Virus record (IMG/VR): IMGVR_UViG_3300044691_000381
Span: 1 to 62,530 of that record
Direction: 5' to 3' (one strand)
Origin: a virus
Lineage: Duplodnaviria; Caudoviricetes
DNA: 62,530 nucleotides
Made by a program: the position numbers and the translations under genes. How positions within the stretch are numbered: position 1 is the first letter of the stretch; every line of letters begins with the position of its first letter. Below, one piece after another: positions 39,838 to 49,221 of the stretch. The notes beneath the pieces are model-generated. The model was not told where the DNA came from, searched no databases, and saw nothing but the letters and a program-made list of their open reading frames with translations.

Positions 39838-40169
39838 GCTTTTGGCTCCTGTGCTTCCTCATGTGGCTGCGAGAGTTTTGCTATTGCTTCATCAAAGGCC
39901 CGCAGAACTTCAGCGTGAGTGCGGGCGTCATTGAAGTGCTGGAAGCTCCACGGATACGAAACTTTCTCCAATGCCGTCTGGCATCCGCTGACAATTTCGC
40001 GATCTTGCGTGGTCGCTAGAACGGCACCAGCAGAGCACCAGCAGACAGCGTTGGGGCTTGTTGCCCTGCACGGCCTGCGAGACTGGGTTCGGGCTGTCTG
40101 TCGCTGCGTCCACCGCTCTCTTGGCGTAATCTTCTTTCGCGCGGCCCTCAATGTTTCCAAGATCGTCAT
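39834..40169 (-). CDS. DUF6197-like protein
   Basis: L.AAR..I...WTQ, CWCSAGA, FND..RTHAEVL..FD.AI. Confidence 0.7.
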   Translation of the reverse strand: MTILETLRAARKKITPRERWTQRQTARTQSRRPCRATSPNAVCWCSAGAVLATTQDREIVSGCQTALEKVSYPWSFQHFNDARTHAEVLRAFDEAIAKLSQPHEEAQEPKA

Positions 40170-40214
40170 TTCTCAAATCTCCTTTTGTTATTCCCCAGCT
40201 ATGGGTTCAGGGGG

Positions 40215-40523
40215 TTAGCGTTCCATCTTGGGAATCCATGTCTTCAACCACTGCCGCAGGCCGATCTTGGTGGTTCCCTCAAACCAATCTTTGATGATTG
40301 CGAATTGCATAAACGCACCGCGAAAGTTGCCAGCGTCATCAATCCAGATGTTGATTGCTCCGTTATGGCCTGCGGCGGTTCCCGCTCGATTGTCGCGAAT
40401 GACTCTCATCGCTCCCTCGACCGTTCTAAATCCGCCAGCCTCTATTGATTTCTGCGAAACTCCCGGTAATCCAGTCAGTATCATTTCTTTCCCCTCCCTC
40501 TCAACCTCTCGATATACAACCAT
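40215..40523 (-). CDS. Hypothetical protein
   Basis: ORF within operon. Confidence 0.55.
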   Translation of the reverse strand: MVVYREVEREGKEMILTGLPGVSQKSIEAGGFRTVEGAMRVIRDNRAGTAAGHNGAINIWIDDAGNFRGAFMQFAIIKDWFEGTTKIGLRQWLKTWIPKMER

Positions 40524-40800
40524 TGCAGTGCTCTCGCGTGTCTAGTTTCATCAGCCGCCCCTCCTTGTTAGCAATCAGGGAAAGCACTGCAATCGTCATA
40601 TACCTCGATATAACCTCTGTAAGCTACCTTCTGGTTCATTTAGGGCTGGCCGTGCTTCTACTCACTCCGGAAGGAATCAGCTAACTCCCGGTACATCTCC
40701 TCAGCCTCGGCTAGTTCTTGCTTGTCGGGCAGCTTAGGTGCTGGTGGGGGTGCAGGCCCCAGGCACCGCTCAAACTGTGCGACAAACCTCTGCCAGCGCG

Positions 40801-41157
40801 TCATGGCTTCACCTTGGGAGGGACGCTCTTTGGATTGTGCTCAAGCACTAAATGGCAGTGAATGCATTTCGTCAGAAGGTTGCTGGCGAGATCCCCGTTA
40901 TTCCTCTTGGCCCGAATGTGCGCCAAGTGACCGGAGTTCCATTCGCCGCGCTCGAAGACAACCGCCGACAGGCAGATAACGCCATCACCGAGATCATGCT
41001 GGCAGCGGTAGCCGTCGCGCTCGAATACTTCACGGCGAACCGCCTCCATGTCTTTGCCGACAACGCGCACGATGCCAAGCTTTCCCGGTTTACCAGAGCG
41101 CTTCTTTCTATGCTTCGACACCTTGCGGATGGGCTTGGAGATGCGGAAGAGGTTCAT
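40801..41157 (-). CDS. HNH nuclease (NinG/McrA-like)
   Basis: VFERDGYRC, HLAHI, NLLTKCIHCH. Confidence 0.8.
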   Translation of the reverse strand: MNLFRISKPIRKVSKHRKKRSGKPGKLGIVRVVGKDMEAVRREVFERDGYRCQHDLGDGVICLSAVVFERGEWNSGHLAHIRAKRNNGDLASNLLTKCIHCHLVLEHNPKSVPPKVKP

Positions 41158-42083
41158 GGGATACGGTCAACCTCGACGTTGAGGAGGCTCTTGATGTCCT
41201 CTTCTGATTTGCCCTTGTGTTCATCGAGGAAGGCTTTGCGCTGGGCTCCGTCCCACTCGAGGATGTCGAAGGCCTGGTCGTAGGGCGTGGGATCAGCGGT
41301 AACGGCCGGCGGAAGCTCTGCACCCATTACACCTTCAATCACATCGTTGGGCCGGATGCGCTGCGTCCCCATCTCTGCGGCGGCGTCGAGGTCCGCAGCC
41401 TGCTCCATCTCGAAGCTGACCGGCATGTATTTCAGAACCTGCAACAGGGGAATCTTGCGCCCGTACGCCTCCATCCCCTCCGGGGACTTGTAGGAGTAGT
41501 GCTTGTCGCCGGACTTATTGAAGCGCGATCGATGCTCCAGAATCTCCTCCATCGACCAAACATCGATGACCGGATACTCGGCACCGCGGACCTTGCCGCA
41601 GGCGTAGAAATGGGTGACCTTGTCCGCGCGCGAACCCTTCTTCTCATGCTCGATTCCCGGCCGTGAGCCATAGTAGGCTTTGAAGTAGTCGCCATCGCGC
41701 ACAACATCCGTCCAGACGTCTGCGGCTTTAGTGCGGTGCATGAGCGACATTAGGCCTTTCCAGCCAGGTACGAAGGTGCACTCGCCCTTGAAGGGGATGA
41801 GGTAGGCCTGGCCGCCGACGCCGAGCTGCAGGCCCAGAGACGCCGAGGTCATCAGGCACGCCAGAATGCTCATCGGGTCACACTCGAAGAGTTTGGGGTT
41901 GCGGCGAATCTCCATCATCGCCAACTGCCCGAACCGCTGCGTCATGGTGGGATTCTGGATGAGCCGCTGAATGCGCGGCATCTCTGCTTTGATCATGCCG
42001 CTGATGACATCCTGCGGGCTCTGCGGCTTCTTCTCGATGCCCGTTACTTGCTTGAGTGCTGCGGTGCTGCTGGTGGGTGCCAT
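41154..42083 (-). CDS. recT: RecT single-strand annealing protein
   Basis: NPKL.ECDPMSIL..L..A.LGL..GQAYLIPF, F.PGWKG, LKYMP.S.E. Confidence 0.93.
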   Translation of the reverse strand: MAPTSSTAALKQVTGIEKKPQSPQDVISGMIKAEMPRIQRLIQNPTMTQRFGQLAMMEIRRNPKLFECDPMSILACLMTSASLGLQLGVGGQAYLIPFKGECTFVPGWKGLMSLMHRTKAADVWTDVVRDGDYFKAYYGSRPGIEHEKKGSRADKVTHFYACGKVRGAEYPVIDVWSMEEILEHRSRFNKSGDKHYSYKSPEGMEAYGRKIPLLQVLKYMPVSFEMEQAADLDAAAEMGTQRIRPNDVIEGVMGAELPPAVTADPTPYDQAFDILEWDGAQRKAFLDEHKGKSEEDIKSLLNVEVDRIP

Positions 42084-42109
42084 TCGGGTGGTGCCTCCTG
42101 TTTCTTGGG

Positions 42110-43318
42110 TTAGTAGGAAATCGAAACGTTGGGGACCTTGCCATGCGCGATCGCAGTGACGACAAGCATTGCCGCCCCTTCGGTGAGTCCGGTGGTTATA
42201 AGCGCGACCATGGCGGCGCGGTTGATGCTGGCGCGGTGCTTCTTGTTGGCCTCGCGCTTGACAGCAGCTTCTTCCTCGATGCGCTTGGCCTCAGCAACTC
42301 GCCGGCGCTCAGCTTCGATGGCTGCTTGCTTATCGGCCTCAGCCTTGCGCTCCGCTGCTGCCATTTCTTCCGCGTGGCGCTCCTCAGCGGCTACGCGGGC
42401 AGCCTCAGCTTCGATACGCTCGTATTCCGCCTTCGCCGCTTCACGCTTTTGCCGAGTCTCCTCCGCCACCCGTGCGCGCTCTGCGGCTTCGATCGCATCC
42501 AGTCTCGCAGCCTCAGCTCTCGCCGCTCTGACCTCCGCCTCTGCCTTCTCTTGCTGGATGCGGTCATGTACCGCCTTAGCCGCCCGCTCAACCGCCGCCG
42601 CCTCTTCCATTGCCCGCGCTTCCGCTACGGCTTTGGCCTCTGCGGCAGCCTGAGCCTTGATGCGCTCCTCGCGCTCCGCCTGCAACCGCTCCGCCTCGAG
42701 CTTTTGGAGGCGGGCAAGTTCTGCCTGTTCTTCTTGGCGGACCCTGATTGCATGGGCGGCGGCGGAGAGACGCGAGAGGCACCCCAGGGAGGCGCGGCCG
42801 TATCGTTCCTTGAACTCTTGTGGGTTGCGCGCGACGTACTCTTCAACGCGCTTCATCTGGATGTCGATATCCTCGAGCGTGTTCGCCGGCAGCATGTTAG
42901 CCATCTCGTTGACGGCATCTTCATGCGCCTGGACGCGGGACTTCTCCGCATCTTCCCACTCGGTAAGCGGGCGGCGGGTGTCGTCCCGAAGCTGGTCGAG
43001 TTCATCGCGCATCCGCTTGCGCTCTGCGTCAATCTGGCCAACCTGGGCCTTCACCTCACAGACAAGTTCTTTGCCGAGGTCATCCAGCCGGACCTTTGAG
43101 GATGCAACCTTGCGGGCCAGCGATGAGATTGCCTTGCGTCCGCGCTCCGTCGATATGTCTGGAACGTGGAGGGCAACCTCAGAGCGGATCTTGTCGAGGA
43201 TTTGGTCGAGCCCGTTGGGCTGGAACAGGGCGAGAGCGTTCGGCTTGCCGATCAGGGCTAGCTCGACGACGTCTGGCGCGGATGTTTCGGTGGCTGTTGC
43301 TTCGTAAGTCAATTCCAT
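42110..43318 (-). CDS. Long Ala/Glu/Arg coiled-coil protein of the recombination module
   Basis: PDIST..GRKAI.SLA.KVASSK..LD..GKEL, RRPLTEWE, C-terminal IA.GKVPNVSISY. Confidence 0.8.
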   Translation of the reverse strand: MELTYEATATETSAPDVVELALIGKPNALALFQPNGLDQILDKIRSEVALHVPDISTERGRKAISSLARKVASSKVRLDDLGKELVCEVKAQVGQIDAERKRMRDELDQLRDDTRRPLTEWEDAEKSRVQAHEDAVNEMANMLPANTLEDIDIQMKRVEEYVARNPQEFKERYGRASLGCLSRLSAAAHAIRVRQEEQAELARLQKLEAERLQAEREERIKAQAAAEAKAVAEARAMEEAAAVERAAKAVHDRIQQEKAEAEVRAARAEAARLDAIEAAERARVAEETRQKREAAKAEYERIEAEAARVAAEERHAEEMAAAERKAEADKQAAIEAERRRVAEAKRIEEEAAVKREANKKHRASINRAAMVALITTGLTEGAAMLVVTAIAHGKVPNVSISY

Positions 43319-43327
43319 TGACGCTCC

Positions 43328-44341
43328 TTATTTCGTTCGAAGTACGCGGGTGGTTGTGGTTTCGGTAAACAGTTCGGCGATGTCTGGATGTTCGGCGCGG
43401 AGTAGCTTGACGGCGATGCGGTTGGTCTGCTGACTGTTCCAGGTGACAGCCGGTTTTCCATCGGGCCCGAGGATGGCGAACTTCTGGGAGTCGCCCTCGA
43501 CGCCATTTTCTGAGGCTGCGTTGGCCAAAGATGTCTTGACGGCGATCTCCAGACCCTCCCGCGTGGCCTCGAGGCGCTTCTGTGCTTCTTTCACGCCTTT
43601 GAGGATGCCCAACTGCTTCCATACCTCTTCATTGCCGGCCCATGCGAAGCCCTCGAAGCGAGACAGCACTTTGCTGGCATCTTCTGAGGACTTGATACCC
43701 GGCGGGACGCTCGCAATGACATGGTTGAACCAGAAGTCGACGGCTGCCTTGCGGATGTAGGCAATGATCTGGTCGTCGCGGTCGACCTCGTACACGCGGA
43801 GGTCGTCGGCGCCGATGAGCGCTCCCACCTTTGTGTGAGTCCGTCCGGTGACCATGAGGCCGAACTGGAACTGCGCGCCATAGTAAGCGGGGAATTCGTC
43901 GCTTCCTTCGATCCCCCAATCACCAGCGGCGCGCGGATGGACGGTCTTTATGTCGCCGTTGGCAACAGTACCCCCTCCATCCATCACGTATTCGAAGTCG
44001 ATCTCAGCACGAAGGAATGGGAACTCTTTGTCGACGTGGATCTGGTTGCGGTCAATCACCCAGACGTCGTGCTCCTCCTGCAACATCTCAATGACCATCG
44101 GTTCCAGCTTCTTACCGCGGCGGAGAACCTTGTCGCGCTCCTCGGAGGACTCTTCCTGCCAGTCCGTCGTCTTCTCTTGCCAAAGTTCATAGGCTGTCTT
44201 CCAGGGGGAGATTCCGAGGATGGCCGCTATGTCGGAGCCACCCAGAAATCCTTTGCGGTTCATCTTCTCAGGCGCGGGGTGTCCATTCTTTACTTTTCGC
44301 AGAAGGTCTATGGTTTGCTGGTCTACGTCTAACGCTGGCAT
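43328..44341 (-). CDS. YqaJ-like (lambda Exo family) exonuclease
   Basis: GGSDIAAILGISPWKTAYELW.EK, G..LE, A.ID, DIKT, Y.AQ.Q. Confidence 0.93.
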   Translation of the reverse strand: MPALDVDQQTIDLLRKVKNGHPAPEKMNRKGFLGGSDIAAILGISPWKTAYELWQEKTTDWQEESSEERDKVLRRGKKLEPMVIEMLQEEHDVWVIDRNQIHVDKEFPFLRAEIDFEYVMDGGGTVANGDIKTVHPRAAGDWGIEGSDEFPAYYGAQFQFGLMVTGRTHTKVGALIGADDLRVYEVDRDDQIIAYIRKAAVDFWFNHVIASVPPGIKSSEDASKVLSRFEGFAWAGNEEVWKQLGILKGVKEAQKRLEATREGLEIAVKTSLANAASENGVEGDSQKFAILGPDGKPAVTWNSQQTNRIAVKLLRAEHPDIAELFTETTTTRVLRTK

Positions 44342-44352
44342 GGTGATCCTTT

Positions 44353-44607
44353 CTAAAGCGTCATGAAGCTTGCATCCCCCGGCGCGGCGCCGAGCTTGCG
44401 AAGAATGGTTGGCTCAACCGTGGGAGAGAAGGGCTGGGCGTTCTGCTGGGTGATGTAGCGCAACAGGATCCTTGCCTCTGGGTTCGCTCTCAGCTTGCGA
44501 AACGCTTCCCGCTCCAAGCGCGATACCTCGGCCTGAGAGATTCCCAATCGGAGCGCTACTACTTCCTGACTACGTACGGCGACTTCGCGGACGCGGCGGG
44601 ATTCCAT
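44353..44607 (-). CDS. Stand-alone sigma-70 region 4 HTH protein
   Basis: SQEVVA.RLGISQ.EVSRLEREAFRKLR. Confidence 0.75.
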   Translation of the reverse strand: MESRRVREVAVRSQEVVALRLGISQAEVSRLEREAFRKLRANPEARILLRYITQQNAQPFSPTVEPTILRKLGAAPGDASFMTL

Positions 44608-44942
44608 CAGCGAGCCTCCGCCGCAGTGGCGTTGGCTATGGCCAGGTCGAGGGCATAGAGAACTTGTTCGTGGGTGGCGTGGTCGTTGTAGTACGGGAAA
44701 TTTCTCGCGTAGGCAGGAAAAAAGGGCTCAAACTGGTCCATAAGGCTGTAGACGCCGGGGACATTGAGCACCTTCTGCATCGCGCCTTCCATGCACCAGC
44801 ACGTAGCCTCCGGATCATTGCCATACAGGGCTAAGACCGCGCGCTGCGACCTCTTGGCGTATACCTTCTTGCACCAATTCTTCTTCGGCGTCAGCAGATT
44901 TCGCGTGGCCCGCAGTGTTTTCAAAACGTTGACCTTTCTCAT
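44607..44942 (-). CDS. DUF6197-like protein (paralogue of 39834-40169)
   Basis: CWCMEGA, YND.ATHEQVL.ALD.AI. Confidence 0.7.
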   Translation of the reverse strand: MRKVNVLKTLRATRNLLTPKKNWCKKVYAKRSQRAVLALYGNDPEATCWCMEGAMQKVLNVPGVYSLMDQFEPFFPAYARNFPYYNDHATHEQVLYALDLAIANATAAEAR

Positions 44943-45181
44943 TGCGGTCCCTTTCGTATGCATGCGTCTAACTGCTCCTCACGCGTCTCAAGCTCATTGA
45001 AGGTCTTGCGTAACTCCCACTCGTATCTGGAGTAGTGCTTGGCTTCTTTGCCTTCGGCGTCCATCTGCTCCCACCTCTTGAGCCACTTGGCGCGCTGCTC
45101 TGGCGGGATGCGGGTGAAGATGGGCCGGTTGGTTTGGGAGTCGTAGGCGATCGCCGGAAGTAATCTGAGGTCTACGCTCAT
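44939..45181 (-). CDS. Hypothetical protein
   Basis: GGAGG SD, coupled. Confidence 0.55.
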   Translation of the reverse strand: MSVDLRLLPAIAYDSQTNRPIFTRIPPEQRAKWLKRWEQMDAEGKEAKHYSRYEWELRKTFNELETREEQLDACIRKGPQ

Positions 45182-45459
45182 CGCGACCTCCATCGCCGGA
45201 ACAGGCGGATACTGTCGAGAGCCAGGGAGCCCACACCAACCAACGTGAGGCCGGAGAGCACGATCAGGATTGCCAGCACTGCGAAGCGAAAGCCGTCAGT
45301 AGCGTTCATAGTCGGCCTCCTCTTCTGGTGAAGGTGCAGCAAGAGGGCCGAGGAAGCGCGTTACGGCAAAGTCCCTTACCTGCTCCTCATGCTCTGAGGC
45401 CCACAGGATCGCAACGCAGAGGAGAAGCATGAAGCCGCAGCCGGAGATGCCGTAGTAGT

Positions 45460-45726
45460 TCACGATTGCACCTCATGGCGGATAATCTCCCGGATCACGT
45501 CTTCTAGCGTGGGCGGGTTAGGAGGATTGAGAGTTGTTTTCTCCTTTGGAGTGGAGGCTAATCCAAACTCATTCAAGCACCCGTGGCACCAGTCTTGACG
45601 GAACGACTTGAACCACGCATCCGATCCGACGTATTCGCCTACGCCAGCGGACACGCACTTTATGGCTTTGCGGTCGGAAAACTCGCTCTTGCATCGGTCA
45701 CACGCGTAGGTGGTTTTAGTGCTCAT
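45460..45726 (-). CDS. Small Zn-binding protein
   Basis: CDRC...CHGC. Confidence 0.6.
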   Translation of the reverse strand: MSTKTTYACDRCKSEFSDRKAIKCVSAGVGEYVGSDAWFKSFRQDWCHGCLNEFGLASTPKEKTTLNPPNPPTLEDVIREIIRHEVQS

Positions 45727-46034
45727 TTCAACCTCTTCTGTTCTGCGGCCTCATGCCGCCATTCATCGCGGTCCCGACTACCAGCGGGCTCCGGTGCCAG
45801 ATCATCGAAGAGTTTGTCGAAGCAAGGGCCACAAGTCCCCGAGATGAGGATTTCGCGGTCAGCCTCGGGAACGGACGGCATTACATTCTGAATGAGGCCG
45901 CCGCCAGTCCACGCTAGCCACTCAGATTCGGGGATATTGAAGGTCTTCTTGCCGTGGCACATCTCGCATTCTGTTACCACCACGACGCAATAGACCCCAT
46001 CCTTCATGCGCTCATCAATCGCTTGGTAACTCAT
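45723..46034 (-). CDS. Small Zn-binding protein
   Basis: CEMC..W..GGLIQNVMP...DREILISGTCGPCFDKLF. Confidence 0.7.
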   Translation of the reverse strand: MSYQAIDERMKDGVYCVVVVTECEMCHGKKTFNIPESEWLAWTGGGLIQNVMPSVPEADREILISGTCGPCFDKLFDDLAPEPAGSRDRDEWRHEAAEQKRLK

Positions 46035-46203
46035 GCGGCCTCCTGGTGAGCCGCCGCGACGACTTCGACGATGGAAGTTTTGGCGACGGTTAGATGGGTG
46101 TATCCGGTGACACTCAGAGGGCCTGGATCGGCCAGCGCCGCATCGATCAACTGGCGGATGAGGACGAGCCGGTTGTGGCGCATGTTTTGGGCTATGGTCT
46201 GGT

Positions 46204-46822
46204 TCACAGCGACACCTCGATTCGAGCGGCGCGAAGCTCTCGTGAGCGCTGGCGAGCTTTAGGTGTGCGCGTGGAGTCGGGATGCTTGATGCTGAATCCC
46301 CAGAGAGCGGCGTAAGCCTTATCCAGCTTCATCAGGCGGTGACGCTTTGCCTTGATGTAACCGAAGGAGCGAGGAACCCCTACAGAGCAGGTGCCTCCTA
46401 GCCGCATGACTTCTGCGTTTTGGATGAACTGGTAGATGCTCATGCTGCCAACCTTTCCGGCAGTCCAAGTTCTTCGCAGATCATCTCGCCAGCGCAATCA
46501 AAACAGTGATTACCTGCCTGGGCCTCGTCCTTGCCGCACTCCCAGCACAATGCGGATTCTTCTTCGCAAGCTGCCGCCGTGAATCCTGGGTGTAGGTCGC
46601 CGAGGTCTATGTCGTATTCGCCGATCATGCGACCCTCCGCATATCCTCAAGCTCCCCGCAAAGGGTTATTGCCGTCAGGAGTGTTTCGCTATCCATTTCC
46701 AGTGATACCTCCATGCGGGCGTCGATTATGACTATGGCCGCGCTCGCGTCACGGAAGGCGTGCCAGAAAGCCGAGTTGAGCATCATGTAGGCGTTGATTT
46801 GCTTGGCTTGAAGTGTGGTCAT
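46204..46822 (-). CDS. Three small coupled early ORFs (46204-46443, 46440-46628, 46625-46822)
   Basis: ATGA overlaps and typical early-gene ends. Confidence 0.55.
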
Positions 46823-47093
46823 TTATTCGGCCTCCGAGAGAATGCGCAGTGCTGCGAGAAAAACGACAAACCAGATGAGGACCACGGAAGCCACGAGATG
46901 GGAATCCATTTAGCGGTCTCCTTTTCTGACCCAAAGAGTGGGAAGGCAGAACAGACCGGCGATGACGATCCAGCCGAGGACGATGTGGTTGAATGTCATC
47001 GCGCACCTGCCTTCGTGATCACTTTGAGTTCGCGGCTGGATCGCAGATAGATGGAGAGCTTCTTGGCGGAAGGCTGGCGGCTGTTGTCGATTC

Positions 47094-47342
47094 TCATCGT
47101 GCACCTCCAGCGGCAGCCATCTTGCCGTCGGCTACCGGCTTGGGTTCCACGGCTCCGGTGCCATGGCAGAAAGAGCAGGGGATGTGAAAGGTTGCGTACC
47201 CGCAGGAGTAGTTCTTGCGTGCGAAGCGGGTGGGAATCTCAGCAACGACCTTGCCGCTGCCCTTGCAGTTGCCGCAGACCTTGCGGGTGGACTGGATGTT
47301 GGCAATCTCGCGCTCACTGAGGACTGGAGTTTTAGTCGCCAT
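47094..47342 (-). CDS. DnaJ-type Zn-finger mini-protein
   Basis: CGNCKGSG and CSFCHGTG; GGAGG SD. Confidence 0.7.
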   Translation of the reverse strand: MATKTPVLSEREIANIQSTRKVCGNCKGSGKVVAEIPTRFARKNYSCGYATFHIPCSFCHGTGAVEPKPVADGKMAAAGGAR

Positions 47343-47542
47343 TAGCGGCCTCCCTCTGCGGTGAGAAGGTTGGGAAGCTGCACCATCTCTTCGGGAGTGA
47401 TCGGCGAGAGCCAGTCGTGAACCGCGTGCGCCGCATCGTTGGGGCAGCGCCGGCAGGGGGCGGGATCGCCCAATTTGAAGGGTCCAGGTACGAAGGGATG
47501 TGTTCCGAGGTGAACCCGCGTAATGCGAGGGTTATTTGGCAT
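47342..47542 (-). CDS. First gene of leftward early operon (His/Cys mini-protein)
   Basis: AGGAGG SD; HPF...CRRC....H.VH. Confidence 0.65.
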   Translation of the reverse strand: MPNNPRITRVHLGTHPFVPGPFKLGDPAPCRRCPNDAAHAVHDWLSPITPEEMVQLPNLLTAEGGR

Positions 47543-47572
47543 CGTTATCGACCTCCTACAGCCGATGACGAC

Positions 47573-47602
47573 ACTCTAGTCTCAACTAGTGTGCAAAGTC
47601 AA
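47573..47602 (-). promoter_or_regulatory. Leftward early promoter (PL-like)
   Basis: TTGACT-N18-TAGAGT with ACTAGT inside the spacer. Confidence 0.7.
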
Positions 47603-47614
47603 CTTAAATTAGTT

Positions 47615-47632
47615 TCATACACTAGTGTATGA
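47615..47632. promoter_or_regulatory. Perfect 18-bp palindrome, putative operator
   Basis: TCATACACTAGTGTATGA. Confidence 0.7.
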
Positions 47633-47664
47633 CTAGAATCAACCCGAAGGGTGCTATTGTGAAT

Positions 47665-47874
47665 CTCGGGTTCCCCGCATAAGTGGGTTGAGCCTCGCCG
47701 GGCCGCTCCCGTTGTGCTCCCGAGGGCGCACTCCTACCGCGGGGGCGGTTCCGGCACACTAAAGATTGTGATGGGGACGGGATTTCATGGAGTCCAAGGC
47801 CACCGTCTCAAAAGAGCCAATAAAGCTGCCCATTGCAAACAGAAAGGCCCTCCGAAGAGGGTCTTTCTGTTTGC
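47665..47874 (+). ncRNA. Candidate structured sRNA
   Basis: Extended -10 TGcTATTGT (47652-47660), nested GC-rich stems, ends at terminator; no convincing ORF. Confidence 0.4.
47835..47874. terminator. Bidirectional intrinsic terminator
   Basis: 18-bp arms GCAAACAGAAAGGCCCTC / GAGGGTCTTTCTGTTTGC, loop CGAA (TTCG on -). Confidence 0.85.
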
Positions 47875-47898
47875 CCGGCCACCCAGCCGGGGAGCGCA

Positions 47899-48267
47899 CT
47901 ACTTCTTAGTATTCCATTCAGGCAGGCCCAGTAACTCCTCTTTGCCGGCCACGGTCAGGCTGCCAACTTTTAGCGCGATCCTGATGCCCACTTCAACATT
48001 CGACGCGGCGCGCTTCTTTCCTATGGCGACGCCGCCATCCATGAGGATCTTCTGCAGGTCTACCTTCGGCATGGGATTGCCATGTTCTTCCAGAACGGTC
48101 CGTATGGCAACCAGCGGCCTAACATTGTAGAAGCGGGTTGCCGGGGAGTCCGCCAGCCCTTCGGACAGCGCCTCGAATCTGTTGAGGGCTGCCAGCGCGG
48201 CCTTGCGGGGCTTGAGTTGTGCTTTCAGTTGCTCGATCTCTAGTTCCAGGGTTTCGCGTGAGTTCAT
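47899..48267 (-). CDS. Coiled-coil plus winged-helix protein (paralogue 2), putative regulator
   Basis: DSPATRFY..AIR.VLEEHG.PM.K.DL.KILMDGG...LLGLPEW; AGGAGG SD. Confidence 0.75.
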   Translation of the reverse strand: MNSRETLELEIEQLKAQLKPRKAALAALNRFEALSEGLADSPATRFYNVRPLVAIRTVLEEHGNPMPKVDLQKILMDGGVAIGKKRAASNVEVGIRIALKVGSLTVAGKEELLGLPEWNTKK

Positions 48268-48302
48268 TGTCGTTGTCGCCCTCCTACAGGGGACGTACCG
48301 AT

Positions 48303-48710
48303 CTACTTCTTGTTCGCCCACTCAGGAAGGCCGATAAGCTCGTCGTCAGCTATTTTTGCTTTCTTATCTTTGCCCGACCGCGTGATGTTGTTGTTCCTGG
48401 CATTGATCTTGATTGACAGGTCGATGTCGCTCTCAGGGGTCTCGTTTCCGTCTGCCGCGCCGCCGTCAAGCAATATCTTTCGCAGTTCGGCCTTCTTCAT
48501 CGGCTTGCCGTGCTCTTCAAGGATTTCCCGGATCGAGGCTTTGTGTTTCTTCTTGTAGAAGCGGGTCGAGGGGGAGTCGGGCAGTTCTTCGACCTCCCCC
48601 TTTTTGAGGACTGCACGAGCGGCCTTCTTACGCTTTAGCAGAGATGCGATCTGCTCCATTTGAGCTTCCAACTCCTCGATCTCCCGGTCCAACATTTCGC
48701 TTGAATCCAT
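48303..48710 (-). CDS. Coiled-coil plus winged-helix protein (paralogue 1), putative repressor
   Basis: DSPSTRFY..SIREILEEHGKPMKKAELRKILLDGG...LIGLPEW; resembles HARE-HTH/RpoE N-domain. Confidence 0.75.
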   Translation of the reverse strand: MDSSEMLDREIEELEAQMEQIASLLKRKKAARAVLKKGEVEELPDSPSTRFYKKKHKASIREILEEHGKPMKKAELRKILLDGGAADGNETPESDIDLSIKINARNNNITRSGKDKKAKIADDELIGLPEWANKK

Positions 48711-48714
48711 AGTT

Positions 48715-49221
48715 TTACAAGATCGCCCGAATGGCGTGTCCTTCCATCGGCTCCAATTTTTCAGATATGCGCTCGATGAGTTTCAATTCTTCCCCGTACG
48801 TCCAGAGAAGATCGCAGGTGTAATGTCTACCGAGTCCGAGTCTACCAATAACCTTCTCGATTACGGAAAGAAGAATTTGCCACCGCAGTTTTGCGTGGTC
48901 CTCACGCATGATCTCGAACATGGTCGCCATCTCAGAGTCCTCCGATTGAACGATTCTGGCATGGTTGGCGAAACATACGAACTGCCGTGAGTTCCAAAAT
49001 ATATTCAAGAGGTCGTCCTTCGATAGATGCACGTCCTGCCTAGAGGCTGGGTCTTTGCCGGAACGTATGCCGTGGAGTGTTACCCGTCCAGATTCACTGA
49101 GCGGGCGTGTCTCGCGGAGAAATGTTTCAACGGTGATGCCCCTTCGGTGGAAGCGGGATATGGAAGAGGAGGCTAAGGCTCCGGCCAGGAGAGCGGCTGC
49201 TCCGGAATAGATCGAATTCAT
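48715..49221 (-). CDS. Membrane-anchored helical protein (partner of 7-TM)
   Basis: ATGA overlap with 7-TM stop; weak N-terminal hydrophobic anchor, helical body. Confidence 0.75.
   Translation of the reverse strand: MNSIYSGAAALLAGALASSSISRFHRRGITVETFLRETRPLSESGRVTLHGIRSGKDPASRQDVHLSKDDLLNIFWNSRQFVCFANHARIVQSEDSEMATMFEIMREDHAKLRWQILLSVIEKVIGRLGLGRHYTCDLLWTYGEELKLIERISEKLEPMEGHAIRAIL

Noticed and set aside
42110-43318. TolA cell-envelope protein
   Set aside because: Compositional similarity only; no TM anchor, and it sits between exonuclease and recT
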